A stretch of DNA of 61,828 bases from Chara braunii (taxonomy: Eukaryota > Plantae > Charophyceae). Under the pieces are notes generated by a model. The model worked only from the letters and a program-made list of their open reading frames with translations. It did no database searches and was not told the origin of the DNA. Shown here piece by piece: positions 1 through 12,897 of this stretch (within the stretch, counting starts at the first letter, position 1; each line of letters begins with the position of its first letter). The DNA is taken from the NCBI GenBank assembly GCA_003427395.1, contig BFEA01000004.1, forward strand, positions 3,459,160 through 3,520,987. Reading direction: 5' to 3'. The position numbers and the translations under genes were made by a program.

Positions 1-319
1 TTTTTTTTTGTTGTTGAATAACAGGATGTGGGGAAAAAAAATAGCAAGTCTGTTTTTGATTGGTGGTTGTCGAAAAAAAAACCGTGCTTTCTTTTCCGGT
101 CAATAGAAAGCCCCTCGAGTACTTCATTTCTAACAGCGAAGTAGGAAAATCTGCTCGTTTCTAGAATGGTACCGTCACTAGGCAGTCCCGTGGGGCACAC
201 TAAGGGACTCGCTCACAGCAACCGTGGCGAACGGCTTCTCTCCCATGGTTGGGCATTGCTGCCATCCAAGACGGCTAAACATCCAAGAAAACATCCAAGA
301 AGATTGGATGACTCGAGAT

Positions 320-715
320 CCCACTGGCAAAAACGATTGGAATAAGTGTCTGAACCTGCTCACTTTTGTGGATAAGTGCAAACAACTGTGACTGAAACTT
401 TTCTGCATATCTGCGTGGAAAACGTCCAGATTCAGACACTTGTTCCAATGCTCTTTGCCTCTCCCATGGTTCGGCTTTGCCACCATCCAAGACGGCTAAA
501 CATCCCACAGGCAAAAACGATTGGAGTAAGTGTCTGAACCTGCTCCCTTTTGCGGATAAGTGCAAACAACTGTGACTGAAATGCTTTTCTGCATATCTGC
601 GTGGAAAGCATCCAGATTCAGACACTGCTTTCCAGATTCAGACACTGCTTTTCTGCATATCTTCGTGGAAGACGTCCAGATTCAGACACTTATTCCAATG
701 CTATTTGCCAGTGGG
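320..715. mobile_element. Non-autonomous TIR element (CCCACTGGCAAA...TTTGCCAGTGGG), internally duplicated
   Basis: Left end cccactggcaaaaacgattggaataagtgtctgaa mirrors right end ttcagacacttattccaatgctatttgccagtggg. A second left end starts near 505. TSD not clear. Confidence 0.5.
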
Positions 716-954
716 AAATGGCCCTAAGTCTGCACCAGTTATTGCTGGAAGGGGGCTGAATTGAATGCAACTAGGCAGAAACACGTTCAGATTCTGGCCT
801 TTTTCCAAGAAGATGGTCATCGTTGCAGTACTTTCAAACGTCGACCTCCTCACCATTTTTTTTAATCCATTATGTCTTTTAAATTTATTTATTTATCTTT
901 TCTCATCCTGTCCCACAGGTCCAAATAGGCCATGACTCGTGTGCTAGTGGAATC

Positions 955-1545
955 GTGCCCCTGACGATATTTTCGGTTAAAAAAACGCCGAAATTGTGGC
1001 CGCGAACGTCAAAATGAAATTCGACGTTCCTGGCTTCAATTACGGTGCTCAAAGAATGGGCGCGATTTTGTTTTGGTGTTTTTGAAAAAGCGAAATCCAC
1101 AGGTCCTACTGGATCGGCAGGTTCTACTGGCGGCGGGAACCCGTTAAGCCCTGACGATTTTTTCGGCTCAAAAAACGCCGAAATAGTGGCCAGGAACGTC
1201 AAAATCAAATTTGACGTTCCTGGCCGCGATTACGGTGTTCAAAGAATGGGCGCGATTTTGTTTTGGTGTTTTTTAAAAAACGAAATCCACAGGTCCTACT
1301 GGATCGCCAGGTTCTACTGGCGTCGGGAACCGTTAAGCCCTGACGATTTTTCGGTTAAAAAAACGTCGAAATTGTGGCCAGGAACGTCAAATTTAAAATT
1401 GACGTTCTTGGCAGCAGTGATAACGTTTTTTTTTGAAACCGAAATGCTCAGATCCTGTGGCGGGAACCGGTTAAGCCCTGACGATTTCGGTCTTAAAAAA
1501 ACCCTGCCAAAATTGTGGCCGCGAATGTGCCCAAAGGGGTAGTAC
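955..1545. repeat. Degenerate ~150-190-bp tandem repeat, about 4 units
   Basis: ccctgacgatttt..cggttaaaaaaacgccgaaattgtggcc recurs near 958, 1148, 1338 and 1476. Followed by an (ATG)n microsatellite at about 1547-1625. Confidence 0.7.
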
Positions 1546-2055
1546 AATGATGATGATGATTATTATTATGATGATGACGGTGATGATGTGATGATGATGA
1601 TGGTGATGATGATGATGATGATGAGGAGGAGGATATTGATTGCTGATTGCAGGTGGTGATGGTGATGGTAGGTGGCTGTAGTCCATGGCGGCCTTGCCTT
1701 TCTGGACCAGTCGGCGCTGGGAGCCACCGGACTTTCTTGCAAGTGGTCCTTGCCATTACTCATAAACAAACACTATGCGTAATGTATACAGGAATCTGGA
1801 CGTGTTTGTGGAGAGTTGCAGAGAGTTGCCCATGAGAGCTGAGTTCACCTCACCTCATACACGTGTGCTGGAACCAATGTTTACCTTCTTGCTCCTGTGT
1901 GTTCTACAACTTCTACTGAACGAAGATCAGTCAGTGTATGATGTGAACTCAGCTGGACCAATGTACCTTCCACGACCTGAACCATGGCAGCTACGGAAAG
2001 GAGATCAAAATTTTCATGACAGCTAAGATCACCACCGTGTGGCATTTGACGGCTG

Positions 2056-2166
2056 CTACCTTCTTCCCCCGAATACAACGTACGGTCATTGTAGCTGTAT
2101 TTGACTCATCTTTCAGTCCAAGTATAGCTAGAATGACCGTACGTTGTATTCGGGGGAAGAAGGTAG
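2056..2166. mobile_element. ~111-bp palindromic MITE, Tc1/mariner-like (cTA|CCTTCTTCCCCCGAATA...TATTCGGGGGAAGAAGG|TAg)
   Basis: ~45-bp inverted arms, TA at both ends, many copies in the window. Confidence 0.8.
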
Positions 2167-2593
2167 CGTCCCGGGAAGGTGTTCCAAAAAAAAAAAAAAA
2201 AAAAAAGGCTTGTGGCATTTGATCTCCTGAGTCGGTATTATCTACTTCTTGCTCTGTTTTCCTGGATAGCGGGGAGGACTGTGCCGAGCGAGCCCTTTTT
2301 TTTTTTTTTTGAATCAAAAGCTCCGACCTATTCGTGGGGGGCGCAGCACTTGCTGGGAATGATATATATATATATTTTTTTTCAGATCCATATCTGGGTG
2401 TTGTTCCTCCCCCCCCCTCCTCAAAATTCATTTCAGACTCATAATAATCAAATTAGAGGCCGGCCAAAAAAAATAAAATAAAAAAAATAGAGGCCGGGAA
2501 CCTCTACATTACTCCCCGATACCAAATTCTGGAAGCATTACGGGAAGCAGTATCCACTTTCGCTTACAGGCCACCGCCTGTGGGACTTTTCCT

Positions 2594-2704
2594 CTATCTT
2601 CTTCCCCCGAATGCAACGTACGGTCATTATGGCGGTATCTAGACAGAAAGATGCCTCAAATTCAGCTATAATGACCGTACGTTGTATTCGGAGGAAGAAG
2701 GCAG
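2594..2704. mobile_element. CTACC..GGTAG MITE copy (core inverted relative to 2056)
   Basis: Same arms as 2056-2166; 111 bp. Confidence 0.8.
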
Positions 2705-3883
2705 CCCCACGCAGCTCTCGGCTGCTCTTGTCATATCTGAGCGTTTTGGGCCGTGTGGGTACTTAAAATCAGAAATGTAAAATTTGTGAAAGTTTTAAGG
2801 TTTCCACGAAAATTGTTGATGTCGGAAAACAATGGACGGCTATGATTGCCCCATCGATTTTTTGCCCTGTGTGTCTCAGAATAAAACGAGGTGGTAAAAT
2901 CGTACAAGCCTCTAGCCGCTGCTCAAAATGGCAAAAAAAAAAAAGAAAAAAAAAGGAAAGCAAAACAGTCTGGAAACAAAGTAAATGAGAAACAGTCTGG
3001 GAAAGAAGTCAACGCAAAACAGTTTGCGACAAAAGGATACTTTATAAAGCTAAATTACCAATAAGTGGCAATAACCATTGTCCTAACATCATCACCACAT
3101 TCAGCAAACCCAAGACAAAAAAAAAACAAATAAACAGCTCACTGCAAGACACCCCGTCAAACCCTTGGTACCCCTTCAGACGACAACCCCCCCCCCCCCC
3201 CCCTCTCTCCCTTCTTAACATGTTTTTTTTCTGAAAGCAGGCATGGATTTGCAGAATTTTGGACTCCGTTTGACGTGAGCAAAGTACCCAGACCAGGCTG
3301 AGAAGATGCCTCCATCTGCCGTTTCTGACTTATTGTCCACAATTTCATATCGCTGGTCCTCCCCTCCCCGACCTGTGTGGCGCAAGCAACCTGGCCGGAC
3401 GGTCGGACGGCCGGGCTGGACAGCTGCCTGAACCAGCTCCCTTCTTCTGCTATGACAGGTGCTCCAGGTCAGGATCCCAGTCTGATCGCTCCCGTGTGTG
3501 TAAGCAGTCTTTGTAGAAGGCTGCAATGTCTCGAGGACTCGAGGAGGTTTTTTGGGGGGCCAAACTGTGCATGGCTTGGTCGTGTTTTCGTCTGTACCAG
3601 GCTTCAGGTTCCCCTCCCTTTCGGTTCGTAGGGTTCCATTTTCTTATACCGGACATCTGCGCACATCTGCGGACAGCCCCTGTATCTTTATCTGATCCTT
3701 GCCATCCATGAGGTTGTCTTTTCCCTGCCTGATAGCACCCGCATGTCTTTCGATGGTTGCCGGTTCACCGTAATATCAGGCTCTTTGGAATTGCTGCTGA
3801 CGCATCACGCTTTTTTTTTTTTTTTTTTTTTTTTTTTTTGTTTTGCGGTCCCATTCGGGAGCTAGGGGTGCTGATAAGAGCAG

Positions 3884-3958
3884 ACACTGCTAGCACCTCC
3901 ACAGGGCTCCATCTATTGGTGGGGAGCATCACCTGCTGGAAAACGGGTCCAGTGTCCC
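3884..3958 (+). repeat. Short dispersed repeat (other copies 15207-15280 on -, 32820-32872 on +)
   Basis: ggctccatctattggtggggagcatcacctgctggaaaacgggtccagtgtccc is seen three times. Confidence 0.65.
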
Positions 3959-5439
3959 ATGTACAGACTCTACTACAGAGTTTGCCTGTGATTTCTGAGA
4001 TGCATAGATCTGCAGCCTGCCAGCATTGATTGCCCTGGAGCCCCAGGAGATTGACTGAGCAGGCGTAGATGAAGGGGAAGGGAGCAGCCTCTTCAGCCCT
4101 GTGTGCGGGTGCCGGACAGACCGTGCTCAGCTAGCTCCCCCCCCCCCCCNCCCCCCCCCCCATCTCTCCCTGACCCCTTTTTGCTGCACAAACCAGGGGA
4201 TGCATGTGAGATGGACGACCACGAGAAAAGCATGCAAAAACAGCCTACTCCCTGCCACATGCCCCACCATTCTCTCACCCAGCCTCCTTCACTGTAACCA
4301 GGGATAACGGGAGGGGGGGGGGGTGTGGTCTGGAAAGTCCTCAGGGAGGCGCATTGGTATGGAGGCGTTGATCTTGGTCCAATTGTGGAAGAGGAGGTAG
4401 TATGCTGCTCCCGTTCCGTCTGGTCCATGCCTCGTCCCCCTTGCCGAACCACCTTGGCATTGTGTCACCCCTTATGCATCTCTCTGCAGTTTGTCTTACT
4501 CTGTCTAATGCTACCTGTTGTGCACTGAAAATGAGCGTCCGCGGAAAATGAGCAATGCCAATGGCGAAAACCAGATTGCAACATTCCATGGAATCCAGAT
4601 AACTTCAAGCAGACGCTGAAAGCAGGATGCTCCGACAAATTGCACCAAATAAGACTGAATCAGTAATGAAATCACATGGATGATAATGAAAGCACCCATC
4701 TCGCCTCCAATCTCACGTGTCCATAGTTGCAATCCTACGTGGCGCTCGGCACCCGGACTACAGACAGCCTACTCGTACGACCGGGTCTCTGATATCAACA
4801 ACAGGCCAGCTTTGAAGATCTTCACCGGATGAATCGTGAAGACTCCAACAGAGCGGCCCGCTTCCTCTTCACCAGGTACATGCCCCTGTGCACCGCTCAC
4901 CCCTCGTCTTTCCCCAATGCAGCCCCTCTGCACCCAAGGACCACCGCTGCACCTCTCCCCTGGCTAAGCAGGCATGTGGCCCGGCTATGGCCGCCGCTTC
5001 TACTAGCTGCGCCCACACAGCTTCTCCCTCGTGCACCCCACCAGCACCCTTCTTCCCTCTATCCGACTCTCCTCCAGCAAGCGAGCGCTGCCGTGCCCAT
5101 CCAGCCAGAATGTCCCGAATGAGTGTGCAGCTCTTCCTTTTGTTCTGGACGGCTGCTCACGGCCTGCCTGGACCGGTGCCCTTCTGTCCCAGTAGCTGTG
5201 CCCAGGGCCCTTCTAGAATATGCTTGGGGCTCAACTGGAAGTGCCCTGGGCCTCAGCATCTTTGTGGAGCCCCAGCATCTTCAACCAACCGGACTGCTGG
5301 TTGGCTGCAGATGCTGCGTGCAACAACCAACCCGCAGCCCTGTTCATTCTCACATCGGCCTGTGCTCAGGCCTAGGCGCATTTTTGCAGGCCCGCCTTCA
5401 CCTAGGGCCGGCGAGGGGCTAAAATCCTCACAGTTGCCT

Positions 5440-5519
5440 TCATTGAGCTGTATTTGGTGCAACTTTTAGTCCACTTACAGCGATAATGATCGGGCGTTCT
5501 ATTCGGGTGAAGACGTTAG
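5440..5519. mobile_element. Truncated CTACC..GGTAG MITE
   Basis: Right arm ...gttctattcgggtgaagacgttag plus part of the core. Confidence 0.55.
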
Positions 5520-6649
5520 CCTTCAGATGCGTTATAGGGTAGGTGGCTGCATGGTTGCTGTTTTTCGGATCCTTGCCAGGACCCGGACATGACTGATGAG
5601 AGGCCCAGAGGCCAAACCACACTCCTCTCTGCTTCTCTCCTCCGAGCCTTCTGGCCGATGAATTGGCAGCCCACGGGGAAGGGGCGGCGACATAGGTCTA
5701 TGCAGGTTAGTAAGCATTCTTGTAGCGAGGAATTTACCTCTCGAGGGGGTCCTTCTCCCCCGTCGATTGCTGCGGTGGCCACGCCTCGCGGCCAGCAAAG
5801 TGCGTTGCCAAAACTCCGGAAACATCAGCCATCATTCCATCCTAACACGCGTGCAGAACAAGAATCGGCAAGCAATGTGTCCCACGTCTGTGTCGTTTAG
5901 CAGGCTGTGCCCACACACACATCCATCTGCTTAACGACGCGCTGTGTCGTTCAGCAGACTGTGCCCGCACATCCATGTGCTTAACAGCACATGCTTGCAT
6001 CAAAGAAGGAATGAACAAGTAAAGGAATTAATGAACACGCACTCCCCTAGCCACGATATCAGCGCCTAGCTGCACGCAGTCAAACACAGAAAGTCGACAT
6101 CCATCGCCAGATATATGCTGGAAAGGCCTTCAAACCAGAGTTGCGCGCTGCAGTTGGCAGTTTTGAACTTGTCGTCTTCCGACCAGGTTGACTGGTAGTA
6201 GATCAGTTGGGAGGCGCCAGTCCAGGGGGGTGTCGGCCTCCACACTACACCGGCCCATGTTGTTTTGTTTTTCCTCCTCTTCTTCTTCTTCTTCTTCGTC
6301 TTCTTCTCCACTGCAGTTTTTTTGAAGATAAGTTTTTTCATTTATGACGCTCTTGCGGATCTCTTTTTCATTAGCTTTGCAGGCCTTGAAATTCTGCTTC
6401 TGTACAGGCCTGACCTGCCCCTAATTCAGTTTAGTATTGCTCAAGTTGCTGTCGACGAAGCTTTTGCCCCAGCTTCAGCTTCATCATGGCATCATGCAAA
6501 TTTTGCTTTCTTTATTTTCATCACCGAAATCTTCAGAGAATGAAGACCTGAGCGGTGAGTAGCATTGTCGCCTTTGTATTCCCTCTAACAAAACGCGGCC
6601 AAAGGTGTTCCCTCTAATTTTAAGATTAGAGTGTGCATCCAGCTCAGCT

Positions 6650-6736
6650 TTTCTCGATTTATGCGTGTCATCCTTGCACAGTGGCAATGGTAACCTTCTA
6701 TGTATCGTTCCAGTCTTAACGGATGTCCCGAAGGAC
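6650..6736 (-). pseudogene. U6: Retroposed U6 snRNA pseudogene with 15-bp TSD
   Basis: Minus strand reads GTCCTTCGGGACATCCGTTAAGACTGGAACGATACATAGAAGGTTACCATTGCCACTGTGCAAGGATGACACGCATAAATCGAGAAA, matching plant U6 with the ACAGAGA box mutated. Flanked by a(g/t)tgtgcatccagct at 6630-6644 and 6737-6751. Confidence 0.9.
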
Positions 6737-7999
6737 ATTGTGCATCCAGCTATATCGGGAAAACAGTCGTTTACGTTTTACTCGCATGGATCAATCCCAA
6801 GGGAAGTCCTGTGTCGATCGGATAAATAACAGTGAGCTAGATGATGACTACGGAAAAAAAACTAGGTAGAAGATGACAGGAGACACCCCCCTCTCTGAAG
6901 CTTCTCCCCTTACTTAGTGTTTTACTAATCAACAAGGTTACAAGTTACCGTGCGGGATCACTTTTTAATTGTCAGAATGGTGAAATCTTCGGTGAATCGA
7001 GATCTGAACCGTGAAGTAAGGTCGCCTTTGAATCCCCTACCCCCTCATCCAACCCGATTGACGAGAGACATCCCCCGTCCGAAGCAACTACTTGATCAGT
7101 TTTCAGAACCCCTTCCGTCCCCGGCCCCGCTAAACAGCCGGAAACATCGTTTTCGTAGTTCCCTCAGGCATACAGGGTGACCCCGCCTTCCATTTTTTTC
7201 GAAAACACAGCCGATGGCTGCTGCCGACTGGTCGGTTGCGGATTGGTCGGCGGTCGCCTTTGGCCATTGCCTGATATCCTACCCTGCTTTAAACCTTGAA
7301 AGTTCCAACCCCTTCTACAGTAGAGTGTTCACTTTATTATCCATGAACCTTACCAACATGTTCAGGAATAAGCATTCAGCCCGTACGACGTTCATGGACA
7401 CAAGGCCTGACCAGGAGCATTGCTGCTGAAATCACTCTGACTTCCCTGCTCTGAAAGGAGAACAGCTTAGAGGAAGGAATCCCATGCACAGTTAAACTGC
7501 CAGTACACAGCCCCAGCCTTGCAGATTTTTTTTCGTCGCCTACTCCGAAAATTTTGCGGCTCGGGCCCACTGGACCACAATGGCTGGCGGCGCTGGCCAA
7601 AAAGGAAAAGAAGAAGGGCGGAAAAACAAAACAGGAAGAAGAAGAAGAAGAAGGGAACGAAGAAAAGAAAAAGAAAAGAAAGGAAAAGAAGTGCGCCGCT
7701 CACGGTTCGGCAAAGCTTGGCGCACAGTGCAGCGCCTCCAGGCCCGGGTGTACTGGTGGCTTGACACTGTTGACAGTATCTGGGCCTGACCCGGCACGGG
7801 CCACAGGAATCTCAGCCCCAGCGCTGGTGCCCCATTAGCTGTACTCGACATCATCCGTACACACCAGGACCCCTAAACAAAACAGACGTCAGCTCCGTAA
7901 CCCACCCGGCGCATCAGGGATGAGTATGAGAGAAGGCACGGGCCATAGGAATCTGACCCCCAGCGCAGGCACTTTGAGTCTGACTACCAGCCAATGACA

Positions 8000-8109
8000 C
8001 TACCTTCGTCCCCCGAATATAACGTAAGGTCATTTAGCTGTATTTGAGGCATCTTTTAGTCTAGATACAGCTATAATGACCGTACGTTGTATTCGGGGGA
8101 AGAAGGTAG
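8000..8109. mobile_element. CTACC..GGTAG MITE copy
   Basis: Same arms and core as 2056-2166. Confidence 0.8.
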
Positions 8110-8483
8110 GTTGGAACAGGAGACGATGCCTGTGCTATGAAACACCCATGTGACACCAGGAGTGTCACTGCGTTAAGCACTGCGGTACCTCACTCACCTT
8201 GTGCTCTGCAATAGAGCTCATGGGAATCTCATCCACAACGATCAGTCTGTGGGCCGCTTGGTGAGGATTCCGTGGCATAAAAGGAGGGTTTGTTACACCT
8301 GTAGATCCGCTCGAAAAACTAGAAAAACGTAGTACGATCTAACTTCCACGGTTCCACCATAAAGGAAAATCACCCATCTATGGATCCGGGTGGCCGGGCC
8401 GGAGCCAATGAAAAGAGTAAGAGTCCCAAACTAGACCATTTGCGAATATATCCAGAAAAGAATAAACCAGAAGCTCGCTTGTG

Positions 8484-8514
<31 letters not shown>

Positions 8515-8944
8515 GTTGTTGTAGGAATCTACTGAAGAGGACGTCCACAGATAGTGATGGGAGGTAGAAGGGCAGTGCCCATTGATGGTGTATAGCATTG
8601 AGTACAAGGTGCTCTAGGGATCATGGTTGATGAGGTGTGTGTGGTTGAGAATTATTTGTGAAACTACCATGGAAGTGTTTTTCTTCAGCATGTAGCCACA
8701 GTTGATGACATATCATGACTCAATTGGCATGAAATGGGCATTACAGTGGACACACGTGCCGAGTTGCCGATGTCCTTTTCTTTTTTTCTTGTTTTTGGCT
8801 TCCCCCCCCTCCCTTTCTTTGAAGGGGCAGATAGCCCCCCAGGATGTAAAGTTTTGCTGAACGCATGATCTGATGACCATCGGTTCTATGCTTCTGCTGT
8901 AGTACTGTTTACTATTCAGTGTTCACACACGATGGAGGTATTAT

Positions 8945-9136
8945 TATTTGTGCATGTTATGCAGAGGAACCATGTCTATCTTCTCTCGAATAGTCCGTAT
9001 CATTACGACTCNNNNNNNNNNNNNNNNNNNNNNNNNNNNNNNNNNNNNNNNNNNNNNNNNNNNNNNNNNNNNNNNNNNNNNNNNNNNNNNNNNNNNNNNT
9101 CTCATCATTCCAATTTTAATGGATGTCGCAAAGGAC
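8945..9136 (-). pseudogene. U6: Degenerate U6-derived sequence interrupted by an N gap
   Basis: 9101-9136 (cattccaattttaatggatgtcgcaaaggac) matches the reverse complement of the U6 5' end. 8945-8987 weakly matches the U6 middle. Confidence 0.55.
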
Positions 9137-9234
9137 CCTTTCCTTCCTTTTCTTTTTGGAAATGGGGGCAGCTTTTCTTATATGTAATTGTGTGCTGCTC
9201 TCCTTCCTCTTCTCTCATCTGGGTCTTGTCTCAG

Positions 9235-9848
9235 GTTCTGTACATGCTCATTCATTGAACAAGGACCTATCAATGCCTGAGCGGCGACAATATGTCACGC
9301 ATCCTTGTTCTCACTTGAGAGCAAAAGATCTTGTTGCATTTGCGATTCGCTTTTCGACACCTTTCCCATCATATCCATACTGTACCTCATCATCTTCTGC
9401 TCTTGAGCATAAAGATGAGCATCAAACAACAGGGGATGGAGCTCCTCCCTCTCCGGAGGCTTCGGAGGAACGTGATGCTGCGCAGTTGACGTCAAGGGAT
9501 CATGTGGGCGAGTGCTCTGCACTGCCACAGTGCCCTTCAGGCAGTTCTATTGATAGTCTCGTGACTTCCAAAAGGCATGACATGGCGCTGATCTTCACAT
9601 GCAATGTCTGTGAAACCCGGTCTGCGAAGACAATGAGCCGAAAAACATACGACACGGGTGTAGTGGTTGTGCGATGTCCTGGATGCCAGAATCTTCACTT
9701 GATTGCCGACAGGATGGGCTGGTTTGGTAAGCCGGGAAGCATCGAGGATTTCCTCGCCGACAAAGGTATCTCTGTGCGAAAGGGATCGGAAGAGACCTAT
9801 GAGTTCTCGTTAGAAGACATAAGAGGATGGACTCCCGCCAAGGCTTGA
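9235..9848 (+). CDS. ZIM17: DNL-type zinc finger protein (Zim17/Hep1, mitochondrial Hsp70 escort, ZR3-like); probably the terminal exon
   Basis: RHDMALIFTCNVCETRS...GVVVVRCPGCQNLHLIADRMGWFGKPGSIEDFL gives two CxxC motifs plus the zf-DNL HLIAD-x-x-GWF motif. Polypyrimidine tract and CAG acceptor end at 9234; stop at 9846-9848. Upstream exons not identified. Confidence 0.85.
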
Positions 9849-10560
9849 TCAGTTGACCTCTGAGTGAAACTTCAGTGAAGATGGTGAGTATCTGTGTTTT
9901 TTTCTTTTGACCCCATTTACTACTCTCCTCCTTCCCCTCCCCCCCCCCCCCCGCCCCCCGCCCCTCTCACATGCCAACTTTGGGGCTGGCTGAACATGCT
10001 TGTTTTTTTCTCTGTTTCGAGTTAAGGTGTTTCTCATTGTGATGATCGTGGTGGATCGGATTCAGTGGCTGGATGAAAAGGTGCGACACAACTTGGAAAG
10101 TTTGAATGCTCCGTTATTCCGCTAAAGCCGTGTGAAGTTGTTTTTTCGAGCGTGAAGGATGGGGATTTACGGTATGCGAAAATGAACTGCAGCGACATTA
10201 AGTGGAACGAACCACATCGTCGAATTCGATTGTCCATTGTTCACTGGGTGACAGTCGGTTGAAGTTTTGTTTGTAGATCCACTCGTGTCGTTATGGTGGG
10301 CGTTTGTATCACGTAAAGTTTCATGCCGTGTCAGTTTCTTCGTAGAGTCATTCGGGTCATTTCATAGAGTCTTCTATGTCATTTGATAAGAGTCTTCGAT
10401 GCCATTTCAGACCGATTTCCGGTGCTGTTTTGTCTTTGGCTAGTTCTAACACCCATTTATCGTTTATGCCAATCCAGATCGATTGACGGTGTCATTCTTT
10501 GTTGTGTCGGTGAGCCGTCAAATGCGTGCGGCCAAGCGACTCGACTCAGGACACAAAACA

Positions 10561-10672
10561 CTACCTTCTTCACCTGAATACAAAGTACGGTCATTGTAGC
10601 TGTATTTAGGGTGTCTTTCCGTCTAAATTGGGCAATAATGACCGTACGTTGTATTGTGGGTGAAGAAGGTAG
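10561..10672. mobile_element. CTACC..GGTAG MITE copy
   Basis: Same arms; 112 bp. Confidence 0.8.
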
Positions 10673-11499
10673 TGTCTGGGCCATATCCGCCGTCATTCTG
10701 GGATGTCAGCAGGCGTTCAGAATGGTTGGCAAGTGCACTGTATGTTATATCTTTAACTCCGGGTGCTTCCGACCATGGTGGGACCTGCTCTATCGGAGTG
10801 TCGTTGGGTGTGGAATTGGTGATTGTAGGCCCAAATATCATCAAGGGACTGGCCTTTGGGAGAGTAGAAAATGCAATTGAATTGAAGATCCTGAGAACTG
10901 GGAAAGTAACTCCGTGATGGTGATTCAATGATCCCATTTGGTATCGTGGACAGGTTGCACCCGATGGGCGATTTTGAGTGAAATGAGTCTCATTTCCAGA
11001 TAATTATGCACCCACACACGCAAAGCACCCACACGCGCGATATGCCCACACAGGCACGCACATGCATGCACATCCACACACATTGGCGAAGGCCGGGGTT
11101 TGAACCCAGGTACAGATCTCCAGGGACCAGCAGACTGATGACGTATGGTTTGGAGCTGCGCTTTGAACCCAGGCGCAGATCTTCCAGTATCAACAGACTA
11201 GACTGGGTCCTTATCTCATTTTGGGGAGCTGTTTTATTTAAAAATCGTATCCCATGTACACCTCTTTAAGTCCCTTTCCTTTGTGTCTGTCAGCTTTTCT
11301 TTATTTCAAAGGACAAAGTGGGGGCAGCGGACTATTTGTAACGGCCAATTAAGGGCAGTGAAGTAAAGAATCATGACTGCAGAGGGGAAAGAAAATCTGG
11401 AAATGAAGCCACAGAGTATTGGGCGTAAAGAATCATGACTGCAGAGGGGAAAGAAAATCTGGAAATGAAGCCACAGAGTATTGGGCAAGAGCAGCAGCA

Positions 11500-11848
11500 C
11501 TATGGGACAGTCTATTCTTATCTCCCCTCCCAGAGCACCCCCTTCACTTGCTCCTCTGGACTTAACTTACCCTCCAACTTCGGCAAATCAGAGAAAATCT
11601 GGTTCGCGATGGTGCGCAAGGTCACGCTATGCGCCATATGGAAGGAGAGATGCAGCAGAACACTGGATGGCACGAAGAACCCACGGGAGAAAGTGTGGGT
11701 GGCAACCAAAGAGATGATTGAAGCGGAAATCGTCTGTCACTGGAGGAAGGTTCAACTCTGGGTGCAGAACAGTCCAGAGACAGAACAGGTGCCACTTGCC
11801 AAATTCAAACGGGTCCGGTTGGTAGGTGACAAAGTGGCTTTTGGCTAA
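11500..11848 (+). pseudogene. L1-type LINE ORF2 C-terminal remnant
   Basis: VTLCAIWKERCSRTLDG resembles the L-W-x-I-W-K-E-R-N motif of plant L1 ORF2. Preceded by a ~61-bp direct duplication (about 11366-11487). Confidence 0.55.
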
Positions 11849-12513
11849 ATGGGCATGCTTTAAGATGGAAGGAGTGGGCACAATTCTGTCAAGTCTGTAG
11901 TAGGTCAGCTGAATACCCAGGCACATGAAGAACCGCCTCCAATCTGGGCCTAGAAGAGTATCCAAGATGCACGCACGACAGGCGGCAGAAGATGTTTCAC
12001 ATCGAACAGATGGAAAAAAATAGATTAAGCTTGTCTAGGGCTTAGGGTCAGGGTTTGGACAGAAACAAGGTAAGCAGGGGTTAGAAGGCTTGAGTTTTCA
12101 CGAGGCTCTTTTGCGGGGTTTAGGGTTTAGACAGAACAGAATTGGCAGCAGTTGTCGCTTCTCAGACCTTTCTTGCTTGTTCATGTTTTATATGGCAGGT
12201 GCGTATAGTAGTCCTGAGAGGAAAGGTGGAAGCAGGGCAAACTGACAGTCAATCCTCCACGAGGTTGGAGTAATCAATGCTGATCAGGGTTCCTTCGGCC
12301 AGACGGAAGGAAGCGTGGGCGTGTTCTATGATGTATCAAATTTTTGACTTGCGGGGGGAATAGGAACCGGACTGATGCTCCCCAGAATGGAAATGGAGCC
12401 AGGGCCATAAGGACCTGTTTTTATTTCAAAAATAAAAATAAAAACAAATCTGGAAATGAAGAAGGCACCATAAGACAGGGTAGGAACCATGACCTCAACA
12501 GAGACAGACACAC

Positions 12514-12600
<87 letters not shown>

Positions 12601-12645
12601 NNNNNNNNNNNNNNNNNNNNNNNNNNNNNNNNNNNNNNNNNNNNN

Positions 12646-12710
<65 letters not shown>

Positions 12711-12897
12711 CAAAGTACGCTTGGGCAAATGGAGGACTCGAAATGCTTCACAATCATACAATCAAGATGCTACATTTCTGAGAGTGTTGCTCAGTTCAGT
12801 TCTGCTTTCTGCCAGGTGTGAACCCAAAGAGGGACGTGTGCTTTTGAACTGAGAGTGTCGCTCAGTTCAGTTTTGCTTCTGTCCCCGCGACAAGTTC

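Noticed and set aside
1520-1545. Helitron-like 3' end (cccaaaggggtagt)
   Set aside because: No canonical CTRR end or identifiable 5' TC terminus.
5591-5620. ctgatgagaggcccagaggccaaacc, hammerhead-like
   Set aside because: Lacks the G of GAAA and has no convincing stems I/III.
6650-6736. Functional U6 gene
   Set aside because: ACAGAGA box mutated, 3' end missing, TSD-flanked, no visible USE/TATA promoter.
10559-10674. CACTA superfamily assignment for the 111-bp MITE
   Set aside because: CACTA...TAGTG ends occur in only two copies and no 3-bp TSD is seen; a TA-TSD model fits all copies better.
11088-11200. tRNA gene (GGTTCAAACC B-box on the minus strand)
   Set aside because: No cloverleaf; at most a SINE remnant.
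12040-12130. ttaggg/tttaggg telomere-like motifs
   Set aside because: Only a few scattered units.
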